Shown: positions 1 to 10,725, counted from the stretch's first letter. The stretch is DNA of 64,000 nucleotides from Candidatus Binatia bacterium (GCA_963666315.2 CAXXHG010000015.1:96001-160000); one strand, 5' to 3'. A program made the numbers and translations. The notes: generated by a model not told the origin, from the sequence alone.

Positions 1-507
1 GACATTATAGCGGCCCAGGGCATCATCCACACGCACCGCTTTCCCAACCGCCCCTGCCGTAGGACGCTGGCCGTCGATTTGCTGGCTCAACACGAGGGCC
101 GATATCTCGTCTTCGACCGCATCAGGTAGTTTTAAACCATCCCGCGAAAAGATCTTTATCCCGTTATCCTGAAACGGATTGTGCGAAGCGGAAATCACGA
201 CCCCGGCATCGGCACGCAGGCTGCGGGTGAGGAAGGCGATCCCAGGAGTAGGAACGGGCCCGACCAGCAAGACATCTCCGCCCATAGAACACACCCCGGA
301 GGCCACCGCTGTTTCCAACATATAGCCGGACAGACGGGTGTCTTTTCCAATCAGAATTTTGTGATGTCCGGGGCGATTACGAAAGACATACGGCAGCGCG
401 CGCCCGACTCGGAGTGCGGTCTCCGACGTCATAGGCTCGATGTTGGCGATTCCGCGTATGCCATCCGTCCCAAATAATCTGGGGTGTTGTATCCCATTTG
501 CCGTCAT
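1..507 (-). CDS. glmM: Phosphoglucosamine mutase, N-terminal part (runs off the left edge)
   Basis: Manual minus-strand translation from ATG 507: [19 protein letters not shown]...GKDTRLSG...[16 protein letters not shown]. Not in the ORF track. Lies downstream of ftsH. Confidence 0.93.
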   Translation of the reverse strand, partial: MTANGIQHPRLFGTDGIRGIANIEPMTSETALRVGRALPYVFRNRPGHHKILIGKDTRLSGYMLETAVASGVCSMGGDVLLVGPVPTPGIAFLTRSLRADAGVVISASHNPFQDNGIKIFSRDGLKLPDAVEDEISALVLSQQIDGQRPTAGAVGKAVRVDDALGRYNV

Positions 508-645
508 GATCTTGTTCCTCATATAGTGCGGATCAACACAAAAAGGCGAGCCAGCAAAACAGGAACTGCCTTCTTGCTGCTCACCCTCATCATGAAATCG
601 ACCAGAAAAGGAAGGGGCTAAAAGAGTAGATCGTGGGGGGCTTTC

Positions 646-2484
646 CTAGGCGCGCGCCGGCTCGGGTTCGACCTCGATATCGTACTGCTTGAGAATACCG
701 TCAATCTCCGTTCCATCCAAGGTCTCTTTTTCCAACAGCGTCTCAGCCACCTTATGCAGGGCCTCTATATGCGTTTGCAGCAGGCCCTTTGCTCGCTCAA
801 ATGCGGCTCCAATAATGTCTCGAACCTCGGAGTCAATCTCAATTGCTGTTTGTTCGGAATAGTCTCTCGTTTGCGTAAGATCCCGCCCCAAGAAAACCGG
901 CTCTTCTTTTTTGCCGAAGGTCATAGGGCCAAGGCGTTCGCTCATTCCCCACTCGCAGACCATACGTCGCGCCAACTCGGTCGCCTTCTCGAGGTCATCG
1001 CTCGCGCCTGTCGTGGTATGACCCAGCACCAGCTCTTCTGCAACCCTGCCGCCGAACATGATCGTCAAACGCTTCAGAATATAGTCCTTAGTCCACGTAT
1101 GGCGGTCGTCAACGGGCAGCTGCTGCGTTACGCCTAACGCCATGCCACGCGGAATAATCGTAACTTTATGAACGGGGTCGGTACCAGGCGTCAGTCGCGC
1201 GACTAAGGCGTGGCCGGACTCGTGATACGCGGTATTCCGTCGCTCTTCCAGACTGAGGACCATGCTGCGCCGCTCTGCGCCCATCATGACTTTATCTTTT
1301 GACTGCTCAAAGTCGTCCATCTCGACTTTTTCTTTATCTTTCCGAGCAGCAAGCAACGCGGCTTCATTCACCAGATTTTCGAGATCGGCACCAGAAAATC
1401 CAGGCGTCCCTCTGGCGATTCGGCTGACGTCAACGTGATCGTCCATGGGCACTCGACGTGTATGGACGCGTAAAATCTCCTCCCGGCCACGCACATCCGG
1501 TGATGGGACGACAACGCGGCGATCGAAGCGGCCAGGCCGGAGCAGCGCGGGGTCAAGCACATCAGGTCGGTTTGTTGCCGCGATGAGAATCACGCCTTCG
1601 TTTGCCTCGAAGCCGTCCATCTCGACCAGGAGTTGATTCAAGGTCTGTTCGCGTTCATCGTGGCCGCCACCCAGGCCGGCGCCACGATGCCGCCCGACGG
1701 CATCAATCTCATCGATAAAGATAATACACGGAGCTTGTTTCTTACCCTGGGCGAAGAGGTCACGCACGCGAGAGGCCCCCACGCCGACGAACATCTCGAC
1801 AAAATCAGAGCCGCTAATCGAAAAAAATGGGACACCGGCTTCGCCTGCAATTGCCCGGGCGAGTAACGTCTTGCCCGTACCAGGCGCACCAACCAGCAAC
1901 ACACCTTTTGGGATACGTCCCCCGAGACGGGTAAACTTCTTCGGATCTTTGAGAAAAGCGATGATTTCCTCAAGCTCTTGTTTCGGTTCTTCCACACCGG
2001 CCACATCGCTAAAAGTGACCTTGTGTTCGTTTTCGGTCAGGAGCTTGGCCCGACTTTTTCCGAATGACATGGCTTTGCCGCCGCCCATTTGCATCTGGCG
2101 CATAAAGAAGACCCAGACACCGATGAGCAGCAACATAGGGAACCATTGAATAAGAACCATCACATACCACGGATCGTCGTCTGGGGGTCGAGCGGAGACG
2201 CGTACGCCTTTCTCGCGTAACGTCCGCATGAGATCCGGATCATCTATCGGCGCAAACGTCTTAAAATGCTCATCATTCCGGAATATTCCGCTGATGACCT
2301 GACCCTGAATGAGCACCTCGGAGACTTCTCCCTTTTCAACAGCGGTAAAAAAATCGCTAAAGACGACTTCGGGTTCTCTCGGTCGCTGACGGTTAAAGAG
2401 GTTGAACAGGAGGAGAAACATCAACCCGAGGACTAACCATAGTGCGAAATTAGAAGAAATCTTATTCACTCCGTTACCTTTCAC
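646..2484 (-). CDS. ftsH: ATP-dependent zinc metalloprotease FtsH
   Basis: Two N-terminal TM helices, Walker A GAPGTGKT, Walker [12 protein letters not shown] region, HESGH zinc motif. Confidence 0.98.
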   Translation of the reverse strand: MKGNGVNKISSNFALWLVLGLMFLLLFNLFNRQRPREPEVVFSDFFTAVEKGEVSEVLIQGQVISGIFRNDEHFKTFAPIDDPDLMRTLREKGVRVSARPPDDDPWYVMVLIQWFPMLLLIGVWVFFMRQMQMGGGKAMSFGKSRAKLLTENEHKVTFSDVAGVEEPKQELEEIIAFLKDPKKFTRLGGRIPKGVLLVGAPGTGKTLLARAIAGEAGVPFFSISGSDFVEMFVGVGASRVRDLFAQGKKQAPCIIFIDEIDAVGRHRGAGLGGGHDEREQTLNQLLVEMDGFEANEGVILIAATNRPDVLDPALLRPGRFDRRVVVPSPDVRGREEILRVHTRRVPMDDHVDVSRIARGTPGFSGADLENLVNEAALLAARKDKEKVEMDDFEQSKDKVMMGAERRSMVLSLEERRNTAYHESGHALVARLTPGTDPVHKVTIIPRGMALGVTQQLPVDDRHTWTKDYILKRLTIMFGGRVAEELVLGHTTTGASDDLEKATELARRMVCEWGMSERLGPMTFGKKEEPVFLGRDLTQTRDYSEQTAIEIDSEVRDIIGAAFERAKGLLQTHIEALHKVAETLLEKETLDGTEIDGILKQYDIEVEPEPARA

Positions 2485-2499
2485 CCACGCGTATTCAAG

Positions 2500-3921
2500 C
2501 TACCATAGTTTTTGTTCGCCCGGCAACGGGTTGACGCGAATCCGGAACACCTGTCGGGTAGCTGGAGTGACCTTCCCCACGTCCCCTCTCACACAGCCCG
2601 GCACCCAGGCGATGTCGCCATGCACTTCAACGACAGGAAACCCACGGCGGAGGGAGCGCAGTACCTTTGCATCAATGAAGACATCATGCAACTTCTTACG
2701 TCCACGCATACCCAGCGGCTGAACCCGATCGCCCGGTCGGTAATTCCGAACAGTAAGCCCTTGAGAAGCGCTGGGTGCATCAAACACTGCCTGCCACAAA
2801 TCTGAACAACGTACGGGCCCTGATCCATCGTTCCATACCACCGCAGGAGAGACTGTCATAGACCAACCCGATGCACCCAATCCTAGCGTATGCCCTAACT
2901 TGAGTTTGTACGCATAATCTATTTCGTTGAGATCTTGCTCTCCCAGATCTTGCCCCTGGGGTTTGATGACTAAACGTTGTCCCTCGCGCACGACGTGGAC
3001 GTTTCCCGGCAACTGAATTATGCCCTGGACTTGCCCTTCACTCAGCTGTGCTAAACGAGTCAGATGATACGCTCCGAGGTCATGCGTTTGCCGCTCAACC
3101 CAGTGACGCAGAATTCGCTGACGCAAGGCTCTGGGTTCAGCCTGGAGTTTCGGCACAGACAAAACATCGGCTTTTTCTTTCACGCGTTTACACGCAATCG
3201 TGGCGAGTTCTTCGAGCCATGCTTCCTCCTCCCGCATTGTCTTCGCTAAGGAGACAAGATGGCGGCGCACTTGTGGGGAGAATTCTTGTTCTAAGAGGGG
3301 CAAGAGATGGTGGCGAATTCTGTTGCGCGTATAGCGTACATCCGCATTACTGGGGTCCGTCGCGTAGGGCAGTTGTCTCTTGTTGATATATGTCATGATT
3401 TCGCGGCGCGAACAATCGAGCAAGGGGCGCATCAGCCAGCCCTCGCGGACGGGTGGGATCCCGGCCAATCCGCGGCGCGCACTGCCTCGCAATATATTGA
3501 ACAGGACGGTCTCGGCTTGGTCGTCTTGCGTATGGGCAGTGGCAATATAATCAAGGCCGTGTTCAGTCTTCATGGCGTGAAAAAACGCATAGCGCTCTTC
3601 CCGTGCCCAGGCTTCTATCCCTGTCTTCTTTTGCCCCGTCCTCTTTCGCTGTGGAGTCAACTCTTTGATCCGCAGCGGAATCTGCCACTGCTGACACAGG
3701 CGTGCAACCAGGTCCTGCTCTTGGCCGGCTTCAGGACGCAGCCTATGGTTGACATGCAAAGCCGTGAGATGGAGCCGATGCGCAGGCGCAAGCGTCATGA
3801 GCGCGCGCAGCAGAGCAACCGAATCCGGGCCGCCGGATATCGCAACGCCGAGCTTGAGGTCGGCGTATGCGGACAAGAGCCTCTGCAAGGCGACCCTGAC
3901 CTTCTGTTCGAGTTGCAGCAT
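2500..3921 (-). CDS. tilS: tRNA(Ile)-lysidine synthetase
   Basis: PP-loop SGGPDS, HVNHRLR, AHTQDDQAET, RNRIRH; upstream of ftsH; start codon uncertain. Confidence 0.95.
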   Translation of the reverse strand: MLQLEQKVRVALQRLLSAYADLKLGVAISGGPDSVALLRALMTLAPAHRLHLTALHVNHRLRPEAGQEQDLVARLCQQWQIPLRIKELTPQRKRTGQKKTGIEAWAREERYAFFHAMKTEHGLDYIATAHTQDDQAETVLFNILRGSARRGLAGIPPVREGWLMRPLLDCSRREIMTYINKRQLPYATDPSNADVRYTRNRIRHHLLPLLEQEFSPQVRRHLVSLAKTMREEEAWLEELATIACKRVKEKADVLSVPKLQAEPRALRQRILRHWVERQTHDLGAYHLTRLAQLSEGQVQGIIQLPGNVHVVREGQRLVIKPQGQDLGEQDLNEIDYAYKLKLGHTLGLGASGWSMTVSPAVVWNDGSGPVRCSDLWQAVFDAPSASQGLTVRNYRPGDRVQPLGMRGRKKLHDVFIDAKVLRSLRRGFPVVEVHGDIAWVPGCVRGDVGKVTPATRQVFRIRVNPLPGEQKLW

Positions 3922-3993
3922 CAATCCCAATCCCAAGTAAAAAAGGCGTTCTTATAGAACGCCCCTCTCTCAAGTATATAGACCGTAGCGCCG

Positions 3994-4113
3994 TCAGTCT
4001 GATGCGTCGCTATCACCCTTTGCGTTTCGCATCAGTACCATGACTGCTGAGATCAGGGCGAAAATCACGGCAATCCCCGTAAGTGTCTGTATAAATACTG
4101 CAAGTGGGTCCAT
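3994..4113 (-). CDS. Small single-pass membrane protein (39 aa)
   Basis: MDPLAVFIQTLTGIAVIFALISAVMVLMRNAKGDSDASD*, with a perfect AAGGAGG RBS 7 nt upstream; below the ORF-track cutoff. Confidence 0.7.
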   Translation of the reverse strand: MDPLAVFIQTLTGIAVIFALISAVMVLMRNAKGDSDASD

Positions 4114-4173
4114 ACCACAGCCTCCTTACTAATAGCACTCTATTGGGGCCACTGCTTTCAGGTCAATGCAGCG

Positions 4174-4247
4174 TAGCGGCGGGCGGACTCGAACCGCCGA
4201 CCTAGGGATTATGAGACCCTCGCTCTAGCCACCTGAGCTACGCCGCC
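4174..4247 (-). tRNA. tRNA-Met(CAT), elongator type
   Basis: GGCGGCG acceptor, D arm TAGCTCAGGTGGCTAGAGC, anticodon loop CT-CAT-AA, T loop GTTCGAGTC, discriminator A; CCA not encoded. Confidence 0.93.
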
Positions 4248-4359
4248 ATGCGAGTGTTAAACCCGCCAGCCCATGGAAAGTCAAGAGCAGGGCTATAGAC
4301 CACATAAAAGGCGGCTTTCCCCTTCAACTCTTTTGCGCAATGCGAGCATTGCTGAGAAG

Positions 4360-5145
4360 TTATGGATGGTTGAGGGCCCTCCCATTACCGCTCACTGTTC
4401 CGTACAGATAGTGCTGCGTCAGCTCATCGCGCAGGAAACTGAATGCACTGTCTACGTCATCACACAATCGGAACAGTCCTAAATCTTCTTTACTGATCGT
4501 TCCCCAGCGGACCATCGCATCAAAATTCACCACCTCATTCCAGTAGTCAGAACCGTATAACACGGTCGGCATATGTTTTGTGGTTTTCTGCGTCTGCACC
4601 AGGGTCAAGAGTTCAAACAGCTCGTCTAAAGTCCCAAAACCACCAGGGAAAACCACAATCGCTTTTGCCAGATACGCAAACCAGTATTTGCGAATAAAGA
4701 AATAGTGAAATTCAAAGTTCAGATTATCCGTTTGGTAAGGGTTCGGATCTTGCTCAAAGGGCAAACTGATATTGAGTCCAACGGATTCTCCGCCAGCCAA
4801 ATATGCCCCCCGATTGGCAGCCTCCATAAATCCAGGCCCGCCGCCTGAACAGATCGTAAAGCGCCGCTGAGCGGGCTTTATCGTGGATGACCACTCGGTC
4901 AATCGCCTCGCAAGCTGAACAGCGTCGTCATAATAGCGCGTTAAGCCTGCTGCCGAAGGGTTGTCGGGATTACTTGGGACCGCTCGGGCAGAGCCAAAAA
5001 AGACTATCGTATTTTCAACATTATGTCGCCGAAAGCGCTGCTCCGGCTCAGTCAGCTCGCACAGGACCCGAATGGCTCGGGCACTGGAACTCTTTAAAAA
5101 GGCAATGTCTTCGTAGGCTTTTGGTACATGCTGTTTTTTCTGCAT
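4360..5145 (-). CDS. LOG-family (TIGR00730-like) nucleotide phosphoribohydrolase
   Basis: FFGSAR, SGGGPGFMEAANRGA, PGGFGTLDE motifs. Confidence 0.9.
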   Translation of the reverse strand: MQKKQHVPKAYEDIAFLKSSSARAIRVLCELTEPEQRFRRHNVENTIVFFGSARAVPSNPDNPSAAGLTRYYDDAVQLARRLTEWSSTIKPAQRRFTICSGGGPGFMEAANRGAYLAGGESVGLNISLPFEQDPNPYQTDNLNFEFHYFFIRKYWFAYLAKAIVVFPGGFGTLDELFELLTLVQTQKTTKHMPTVLYGSDYWNEVVNFDAMVRWGTISKEDLGLFRLCDDVDSAFSFLRDELTQHYLYGTVSGNGRALNHP

Positions 5146-5287
5146 GTGTTCAGAATACCAGCTTTAACAGCCGGATAAGAACACGGGTCGGAGGAATGAT
5201 GTCTCGGGCTAAAACGCAGGGAAGAGAAGAAACGTTCACGACCCGGCAAGATTCGACGTGACCTGGCGTGATCTGAATTGTCGAGCG

Positions 5288-6022
5288 TCAGTCTGCGGGC
5301 TCTCCATCTGTCCAATACACATCAACATCGGCCATCGTCACCTGCTGCCGGCCACGTTCGATCTGGAAGAGCTTTTTTTCCGTGATTTCCAGGCAAGACA
5401 ACTTCCCACCATAGACAAGGCCGGTATCAATGCCCACTTTGTAGGGTAAATCGAAATCGACTTCACGGCGCGGCGTATGGCCATACACGATGGTATAGGG
5501 CAGGTTGTGCGGATGGGAAAAAAACGCCTCACGAATCCAGAGCAGGTCCTCCGCAACTTGCACATCCAGGGATCCGCCCGGATTGACGCCCGCGTGGACA
5601 CACAAAATATCATCGACAGGTAACAAAAGCTTGAGACCCAAAAAAAACTCGCGGTGGGCTTCGGGCAGGGCCAGCGCGATCTCATCGCCGGGAGTGAGTG
5701 GATCACAGTGATAGCTGGCTATCGTCTGCCGTCCGCCATTCATGAGAAACCCTTGACCATAGAGCCCCTCATAACCGAGGAAGTCCAGGAACATGTCCTC
5801 ATGATTGCCCCTGAGAAAAGTAAAAGTACACACGTTGTCAGCCCGCATCCCTAAGAGCAAATCGACAACGGCTTTCGCATCAGGCCCGCGGTCAATATAG
5901 TCGCCTAAACAGACGAGATGGTCTTCTGTCTGCAAAGAAAGATCCTTGAGCAGCGCCTCAAGTTCTCCCGGACAGGCATGAATGTCTCCAACGATAAAAA
6001 ATCGGCCTGATTGATCTGCCAC
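5288..6022 (-). CDS. Calcineurin-like metallophosphoesterase (Ser/Thr phosphatase family)
   Basis: GDIH, GDYIDRG, GNHE, HAG, GHTP, IDTG motifs. Confidence 0.9.
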   Translation of the reverse strand: MADQSGRFFIVGDIHACPGELEALLKDLSLQTEDHLVCLGDYIDRGPDAKAVVDLLLGMRADNVCTFTFLRGNHEDMFLDFLGYEGLYGQGFLMNGGRQTIASYHCDPLTPGDEIALALPEAHREFFLGLKLLLPVDDILCVHAGVNPGGSLDVQVAEDLLWIREAFFSHPHNLPYTIVYGHTPRREVDFDLPYKVGIDTGLVYGGKLSCLEITEKKLFQIERGRQQVTMADVDVYWTDGEPAD

Positions 6023-6031
6023 AACACCCTG

Positions 6032-6805
6032 CTATCGTCCGGTATACACTGGTTCACGTTTTTCGCGGAAGGCTCGTATGCCCTCTTTCACATCTTCAGA
6101 ATGCATCAGTTTCCGCTGCGCCGCCATCTCGGCAGTGAGCGTCTCTCCAAGACCCGACCCTAAAGCGTTATGCATCGACGTCTTGATGGCCGCGAGCGCC
6201 AACGGCGCATTCTTTGCCAGTCGATCCGCATATGCGCTGACCTGTTCGCGCAAATTGTCTCCAGTCAGTACCCGGTTCACCAAGCCCATATCGGCCGCTT
6301 CCGTGGCATCCAGCATATCACCACTGAGAGCCATTTCCATGCCTCGCATGCCTGTCAAACGGGGCAGAAAATAGCTGGCGCCACCGTCGATAGTGAGTCC
6401 GCGTTTGACAAAAATAAGCGAGAAGCGGGCTGCAGCCGAAGCCAAACGAATATCCGACGCCAGGGCCAATGAACATCCAAAGCCGACGGCCGCGCCATCC
6501 ACTGCGGCAATCACAGGTTTTGGCATATTCCAGATCGTCCGGATAACGGCGTTAAAGCCGTCTTCAGCGAGATCTTCTCCAGGAGACGCAGGACGAGCCG
6601 GAGCAGCACGTAGATCAGCCCCAGAGCAAAAGGCTCCGCCCGCACCAGTCAGCACCAGAACCCGCGTGTCAGCATCGCTCCCGCCCTCAGTTAACGCCTC
6701 TTTCAGTGCATATATCGTATCCCGGTCCAACGCGTTTTTACGCTCAGGCCGGTTTATGGTGACCCAACGCACCTGGTGTTGTTTTTCATTCAAGACAACG
6801 TTCAT
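6032..6805 (-). CDS. Enoyl-CoA hydratase/isomerase family protein
   Basis: NRPERKNAL, AFCSGADL, PVIAAVDGAAVGFG; ATG 6805 has a GGAG RBS. Confidence 0.92.
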   Translation of the reverse strand: MNVVLNEKQHQVRWVTINRPERKNALDRDTIYALKEALTEGGSDADTRVLVLTGAGGAFCSGADLRAAPARPASPGEDLAEDGFNAVIRTIWNMPKPVIAAVDGAAVGFGCSLALASDIRLASAAARFSLIFVKRGLTIDGGASYFLPRLTGMRGMEMALSGDMLDATEAADMGLVNRVLTGDNLREQVSAYADRLAKNAPLALAAIKTSMHNALGSGLGETLTAEMAAQRKLMHSEDVKEGIRAFREKREPVYTGR

Positions 6806-7461
6806 GCGTGAACTCCTCCACACGTGCGACAAAGACGTGCGATATCTTATGGATGAGAGTCTGCACTACATCGGGGAAGGATATCGGCTTGCCGTCTTGC
6901 TCTTTTAGACTGGTCACGCCCATGCCGGCAAGCCCGCAGGGAACGATATAAGTAAAGGGGAGTAAATCAAGGTCCACATTGAGACAGAAGCCGTGCAGGG
7001 AGACCTTCTGCCGCACGACAATTCCAACTGCACCGATTTTTTCTCTTCCACCCACACACCCGGCTGCCCAATTTTTCTCTGTGTGGACACGCCGAAATGC
7101 GGACAACTCAGCAGCATGACGTCTTCCAGCTGCGCAATAAAGCGTCGTACGCCATACTTTTTGAGGACGGAGGAGAAGAGTGGATACACAACGAGTTGGC
7201 CCGGTGCATGATACATTCCCCTCCGCCGCGGTCGGCGTGCTCCACGCGTGTGCCTCTTTTGCCCAGTTGCTCGCGCGAAACGAGCAGCTGGTCTTTCGGG
7301 TTTTGGGCGTAACGGTAGCCCAGCGTAATAACAGGCCGGTGTTGCGTCAGCAGGAGTATATTGGCCTGCTTCTCCCGGCACCAGGCATGCCAATGTCGTT
7401 GTATGCGGAGGGCGTGTGCATACTCGGTTACGCCAAGATCATAATACTGAATAGGCATCAT
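6786..7461 (-). pseudogene. lipB: Octanoyltransferase LipB split over three frames
   Basis: LLLTQHRPVITLG..DRGG | YHAPGQLVVYP..PGVWVEEKK | IGAVGI..HGFCLNV..IVPCGL; single-base losses near 7215 and in the T6 run at 7037-7042 (real or sequencing error). Confidence 0.85.
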
Positions 7462-7623
7462 CGCTCGCTACTCGGCTTTCTACTCGTTGGGGTAGGCCAG
7501 TGTTGTCCTTTGAGCGGTACGTTTGGACCTGACATATTCATCATTCAACATTGTTCACACGTGTTCATTATTTTCAGCTTGACGCCTGTCTCTGCGGGTG
7601 GTAGCGGGAAGCGAAGGCTTGTT

Positions 7624-7974
7624 ATGACTCCTGTGTCTTCACTGTATCAGAGCACTCTTTTTATTATCGGTATTGTGCTGATCGCCCTGGGAATAGGCAA
7701 CACCGTTGTCGCGCAGGTCAAGGTCCGCCAATATCAGGCCGGTCTAGCCCAGACTCCTCCCGCTATGGAAACGGAGCAGACGTTCGGCAAAAACGCCCGA
7801 CTCCACCACTTCGCGAGTGAAGCCTGGAGTCGGCGGGCAGTAGCACGGGCCAAGCTGGACTTTTATCAAGTGCTCCTCAGTAGCGGCTGGCTCATGCTCA
7901 GCACAGGAACACTGTGCGCGGTTATTGCCGTTCGGCGTACTCGGTATCTGCGCACCCGTGTAGCCCGGCCCTAA
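7624..7974 (+). CDS. Hypothetical two-TM membrane protein
   Basis: 3' part of ORF 7180..7974 from ATG 7624; two hydrophobic segments. Confidence 0.6.
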   Translation: MTPVSSLYQSTLFIIGIVLIALGIGNTVVAQVKVRQYQAGLAQTPPAMETEQTFGKNARLHHFASEAWSRRAVARAKLDFYQVLLSSGWLMLSTGTLCAVIAVRRTRYLRTRVARP

Positions 7975-8056
7975 ATAGAATCTCGCGGCACGCCCGAGCC
8001 AGCATGTTTTTTCCCATATTATACAGGAGTTTGGCAACAGAAAGTCCGAGGATAAC

Positions 8057-8080
8057 AAATATCACTAAAAAGTGAGATTT
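8057..8080. promoter_or_regulatory. Palindromic operator-like site upstream of the cof operon
   Basis: AAATATCACT-AAAA-AGTGAGATTT, 9/10 inverted match. Confidence 0.5.
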
Positions 8081-8094
8081 CTGAGACAACCTAG

Positions 8095-8123
8095 TTGACA
8101 TTGCCCCAGTGCTCTACTAGTGT
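8095..8123 (+). promoter_or_regulatory. Sigma70-type promoter of cofG
   Basis: TTGACA-N17-TAGTGT, 30 nt before the cofG start. Confidence 0.65.
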
Positions 8124-8153
8124 TGCCCTGGTACTGAACCTGGGGGCTACCGA

Positions 8154-9308
8154 GTGGAACATCACACTTCTGTGATATTAGAAAAAGCGCTTGCAGACAC
8201 CATCCTCTCTGCAGCAGACGGCTACCGCCTGCTGCACTGCTCCGAGGACGAAGTGCCTGCACTACGCGATGCGGCGAGCGCTCTACGTGACCGTCATAAA
8301 GGTCGTACGGTGACCTATTCACGTAAGGTCTTTCTGCCTATCACCAATCTGTGTCGGGATCGGTGTTCATACTGCACCTTCCGCAAAGACCCCCGCGACC
8401 CGGATGCGTGGACGATGCGTCCGGATGAAATACAAACCTGGCTGGAGCGCGCCCAAGTCCAGGGTTGCAAAGAAGCCCTTATGTGTCTGGGCGATAAGCC
8501 GGAAAATGCCTTTAGCAGCTACCGGGAAACGCTGGCCAGCTTCGGCCATAAGACCACGACGGAGTACGTCTACCGGGCGTGTGAGATGGCGCTTTCGTAT
8601 GGTTTGCTGCCACACACGAATGCGGGGATCATGAGCTACGACGAGATGAAGTGGCTCAAGGATGTCAACGTCAGCCTCGGTCTCATGCTGGAAAACATTA
8701 GCCCGCGTCTGTGTGAACGCGGCATGGCCCATTTTTCCGCTCCAGACAAACGGCCGGAAGTACGGGTGCAGATGATCCGTGAGGCGGGAGAGCTCGCCAT
8801 CCCCTTCACCACCGGCATCCTCATCGGCATCGGCGAAACACGCGAAGAAGTCGTCGATAGTTTGATCGCCATCCGCGATTTGCACCAGGAATACGGGCAT
8901 ATCCAAGAAGTCATTGTTCAGAATTTCAGAGCCAAGCCTAAGACACGCATGGCAGACGCCCCCGAGCCGGAGAGTGCTGAAATGGCACGCACGGTCGCCG
9001 TTGCGCGACTGCTTTTGGGTGGCCAAATGAACGTCCAAGCGCCACCCAATCTGAGCCCGCAGGACCACCGGCTGCTTCTCCGGGCCGGGATTAACGACTG
9101 GGGCGGTATCTCGCCGGTGACCATGGACTACATCAATCCGGAAGCTGCCTGGCCGCATCTCGACTTATTGGCGAAGACGTGCGCGGAGGAAGGCTTTACG
9201 CTGTGCGAGCGGCTGGCCATTTATGAAGAATACATAGACCGTCCAGGCTTCCTATTACCTACGTTGCGACCGCGCGCCCAAGAGCTGCAAGCTGAAGTAG
9301 CGGCATGA
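8154..9308 (+). CDS. cofG: FO synthase subunit CofG
   Basis: TYSRKVFLPITNLCRDRCSYCTF radical SAM motif, FTTGILIGIGE, QAPPNL, NDWGGISP. Confidence 0.95.
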   Translation: MEHHTSVILEKALADTILSAADGYRLLHCSEDEVPALRDAASALRDRHKGRTVTYSRKVFLPITNLCRDRCSYCTFRKDPRDPDAWTMRPDEIQTWLERAQVQGCKEALMCLGDKPENAFSSYRETLASFGHKTTTEYVYRACEMALSYGLLPHTNAGIMSYDEMKWLKDVNVSLGLMLENISPRLCERGMAHFSAPDKRPEVRVQMIREAGELAIPFTTGILIGIGETREEVVDSLIAIRDLHQEYGHIQEVIVQNFRAKPKTRMADAPEPESAEMARTVAVARLLLGGQMNVQAPPNLSPQDHRLLLRAGINDWGGISPVTMDYINPEAAWPHLDLLAKTCAEEGFTLCERLAIYEEYIDRPGFLLPTLRPRAQELQAEVAA

Positions 9309-9380
9309 AGCCCCGGCCTGAGAACGTCTTAAGAGAAAGAACCCTCAACCCCAAAATTTTGAGAGTAAGGAGACCCAGCC

Positions 9381-10685
9381 GTGGCAATCGATAAAATTGC
9401 TGGCATCCTTGAACACATCGATTCGCAGATCAGCACCATCCTCCACCGAGCCCTGGAAGATCAAGAAATCTCCTGGCAGGACGGCCTCCACCTATGCGAA
9501 ACAAACGGCATAGATTTCCACGCCGTTTGCCTAGTGGCGGATGAAATGCGCAAGCGTCAAGTGGGCGATGTCGTAACCTACGTCGTCAACCGCAACATCA
9601 ACTTCACCAATGTGTGTATCAAGCACTGCACCTTTTGCGCGTTCAGCAGGGAGTATCGTGAGGAAGAAGGCTATTTCCTGCCAGAGGAAGAGATCATTCG
9701 CCGTGCGCGGGAAGCCGTGGACATGGGTGCAACGGAAGTATGCATGCAGGCCGGCCTGCCGCCTAAAATGAAGGGCAGCCTCTACATCGACCTCACCCGA
9801 GCGGTCAAAAAGGAATTTCCGGATTTACACATTCATGCCTTTTCACCAGAAGAGGTTTTGTACGGATCGCTTCGATCAGGTGTCTCCATTCTACAGTATA
9901 TACGGGAACTCAAAAACGCAGGTCTGGACACCCTCCCCGGTACCTCAGCAGAAATCCTGGATCAGGAAATCCGCGATATTATCGCGCCGGGACGCATCTC
10001 GACTAAGCAGTGGATTGAAGTCATTACTTCAGCGCATAGTCTGGGTATTCCGACCACATCCACAATTATGTACGGGCATATTGAGACCCCAACGCATTGG
10101 GTCAAACATATGAATCTGCTCCGAGATATTCAAAAGGAAACCGGAGGTTTTACTGAGTTTGTTCCGTTGTCGCTCATTCACCAAGAAGCGCCCATGTACC
10201 AGCGTAAGCTGGTCAAAGGCGTACGCGAGGGTGCGACCGGAGTAGAAGTCATCAAGATGCATGCAGTCGCTCGTCTGATGCTGGGCCCCACATTCCGTAA
10301 TATTCAGTCGTCGTGGGTCAAAGAAGGTCCCAAGATGTCACAATACCTACTGACGGTCGGCGCAAATGATCTGGGCGGAACACTGATTAACGAGAGCATT
10401 TCTACGTCGGCGGGGGCACAGTACGGACAGCTCGTTCCACCACGAGAACTGCGTCGCTTGATTCGCGACATTGGTCGAACCCCGGCCGAACGGTTAACGA
10501 CGTATAAGCTGCGCACCGTCTTTAACGGGACCGACGATAAATTGAGCCCCTTAGATATGGTTGAGAATGCAGATGAGAAATTCGGGTCGTACCGAAGGCT
10601 CACCGCGTCAGACCAGTTCCGTTACGTCCATCCGTTTGAGCGAGACAAACAAGAAACCGCCCACTCAACGTGTAACCTCCACTAA
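9381..10685 (+). CDS. cofH: FO synthase subunit CofH
   Basis: VVNRNINFTNVCIKHCTFCAF, PGTSAEIL, NIQSSWVKEG, ANDLGGTL; follows cofG. Confidence 0.93.
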   Translation: MAIDKIAGILEHIDSQISTILHRALEDQEISWQDGLHLCETNGIDFHAVCLVADEMRKRQVGDVVTYVVNRNINFTNVCIKHCTFCAFSREYREEEGYFLPEEEIIRRAREAVDMGATEVCMQAGLPPKMKGSLYIDLTRAVKKEFPDLHIHAFSPEEVLYGSLRSGVSILQYIRELKNAGLDTLPGTSAEILDQEIRDIIAPGRISTKQWIEVITSAHSLGIPTTSTIMYGHIETPTHWVKHMNLLRDIQKETGGFTEFVPLSLIHQEAPMYQRKLVKGVREGATGVEVIKMHAVARLMLGPTFRNIQSSWVKEGPKMSQYLLTVGANDLGGTLINESISTSAGAQYGQLVPPRELRRLIRDIGRTPAERLTTYKLRTVFNGTDDKLSPLDMVENADEKFGSYRRLTASDQFRYVHPFERDKQETAHSTCNLH

Positions 10686-10725
10686 ACGTGTAGCGGAGGG
10701 CGACTAGCCTTCCGCTCTTTTCATC

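Noticed and set aside
4174-4247. CAT-anticodon tRNA next to tilS as tRNA-Ile2 or initiator tRNA
   Set aside because: Acceptor pairs G2-C71/C3-G70 and a paired position 1 fit elongator Met; no C1:A72 mismatch
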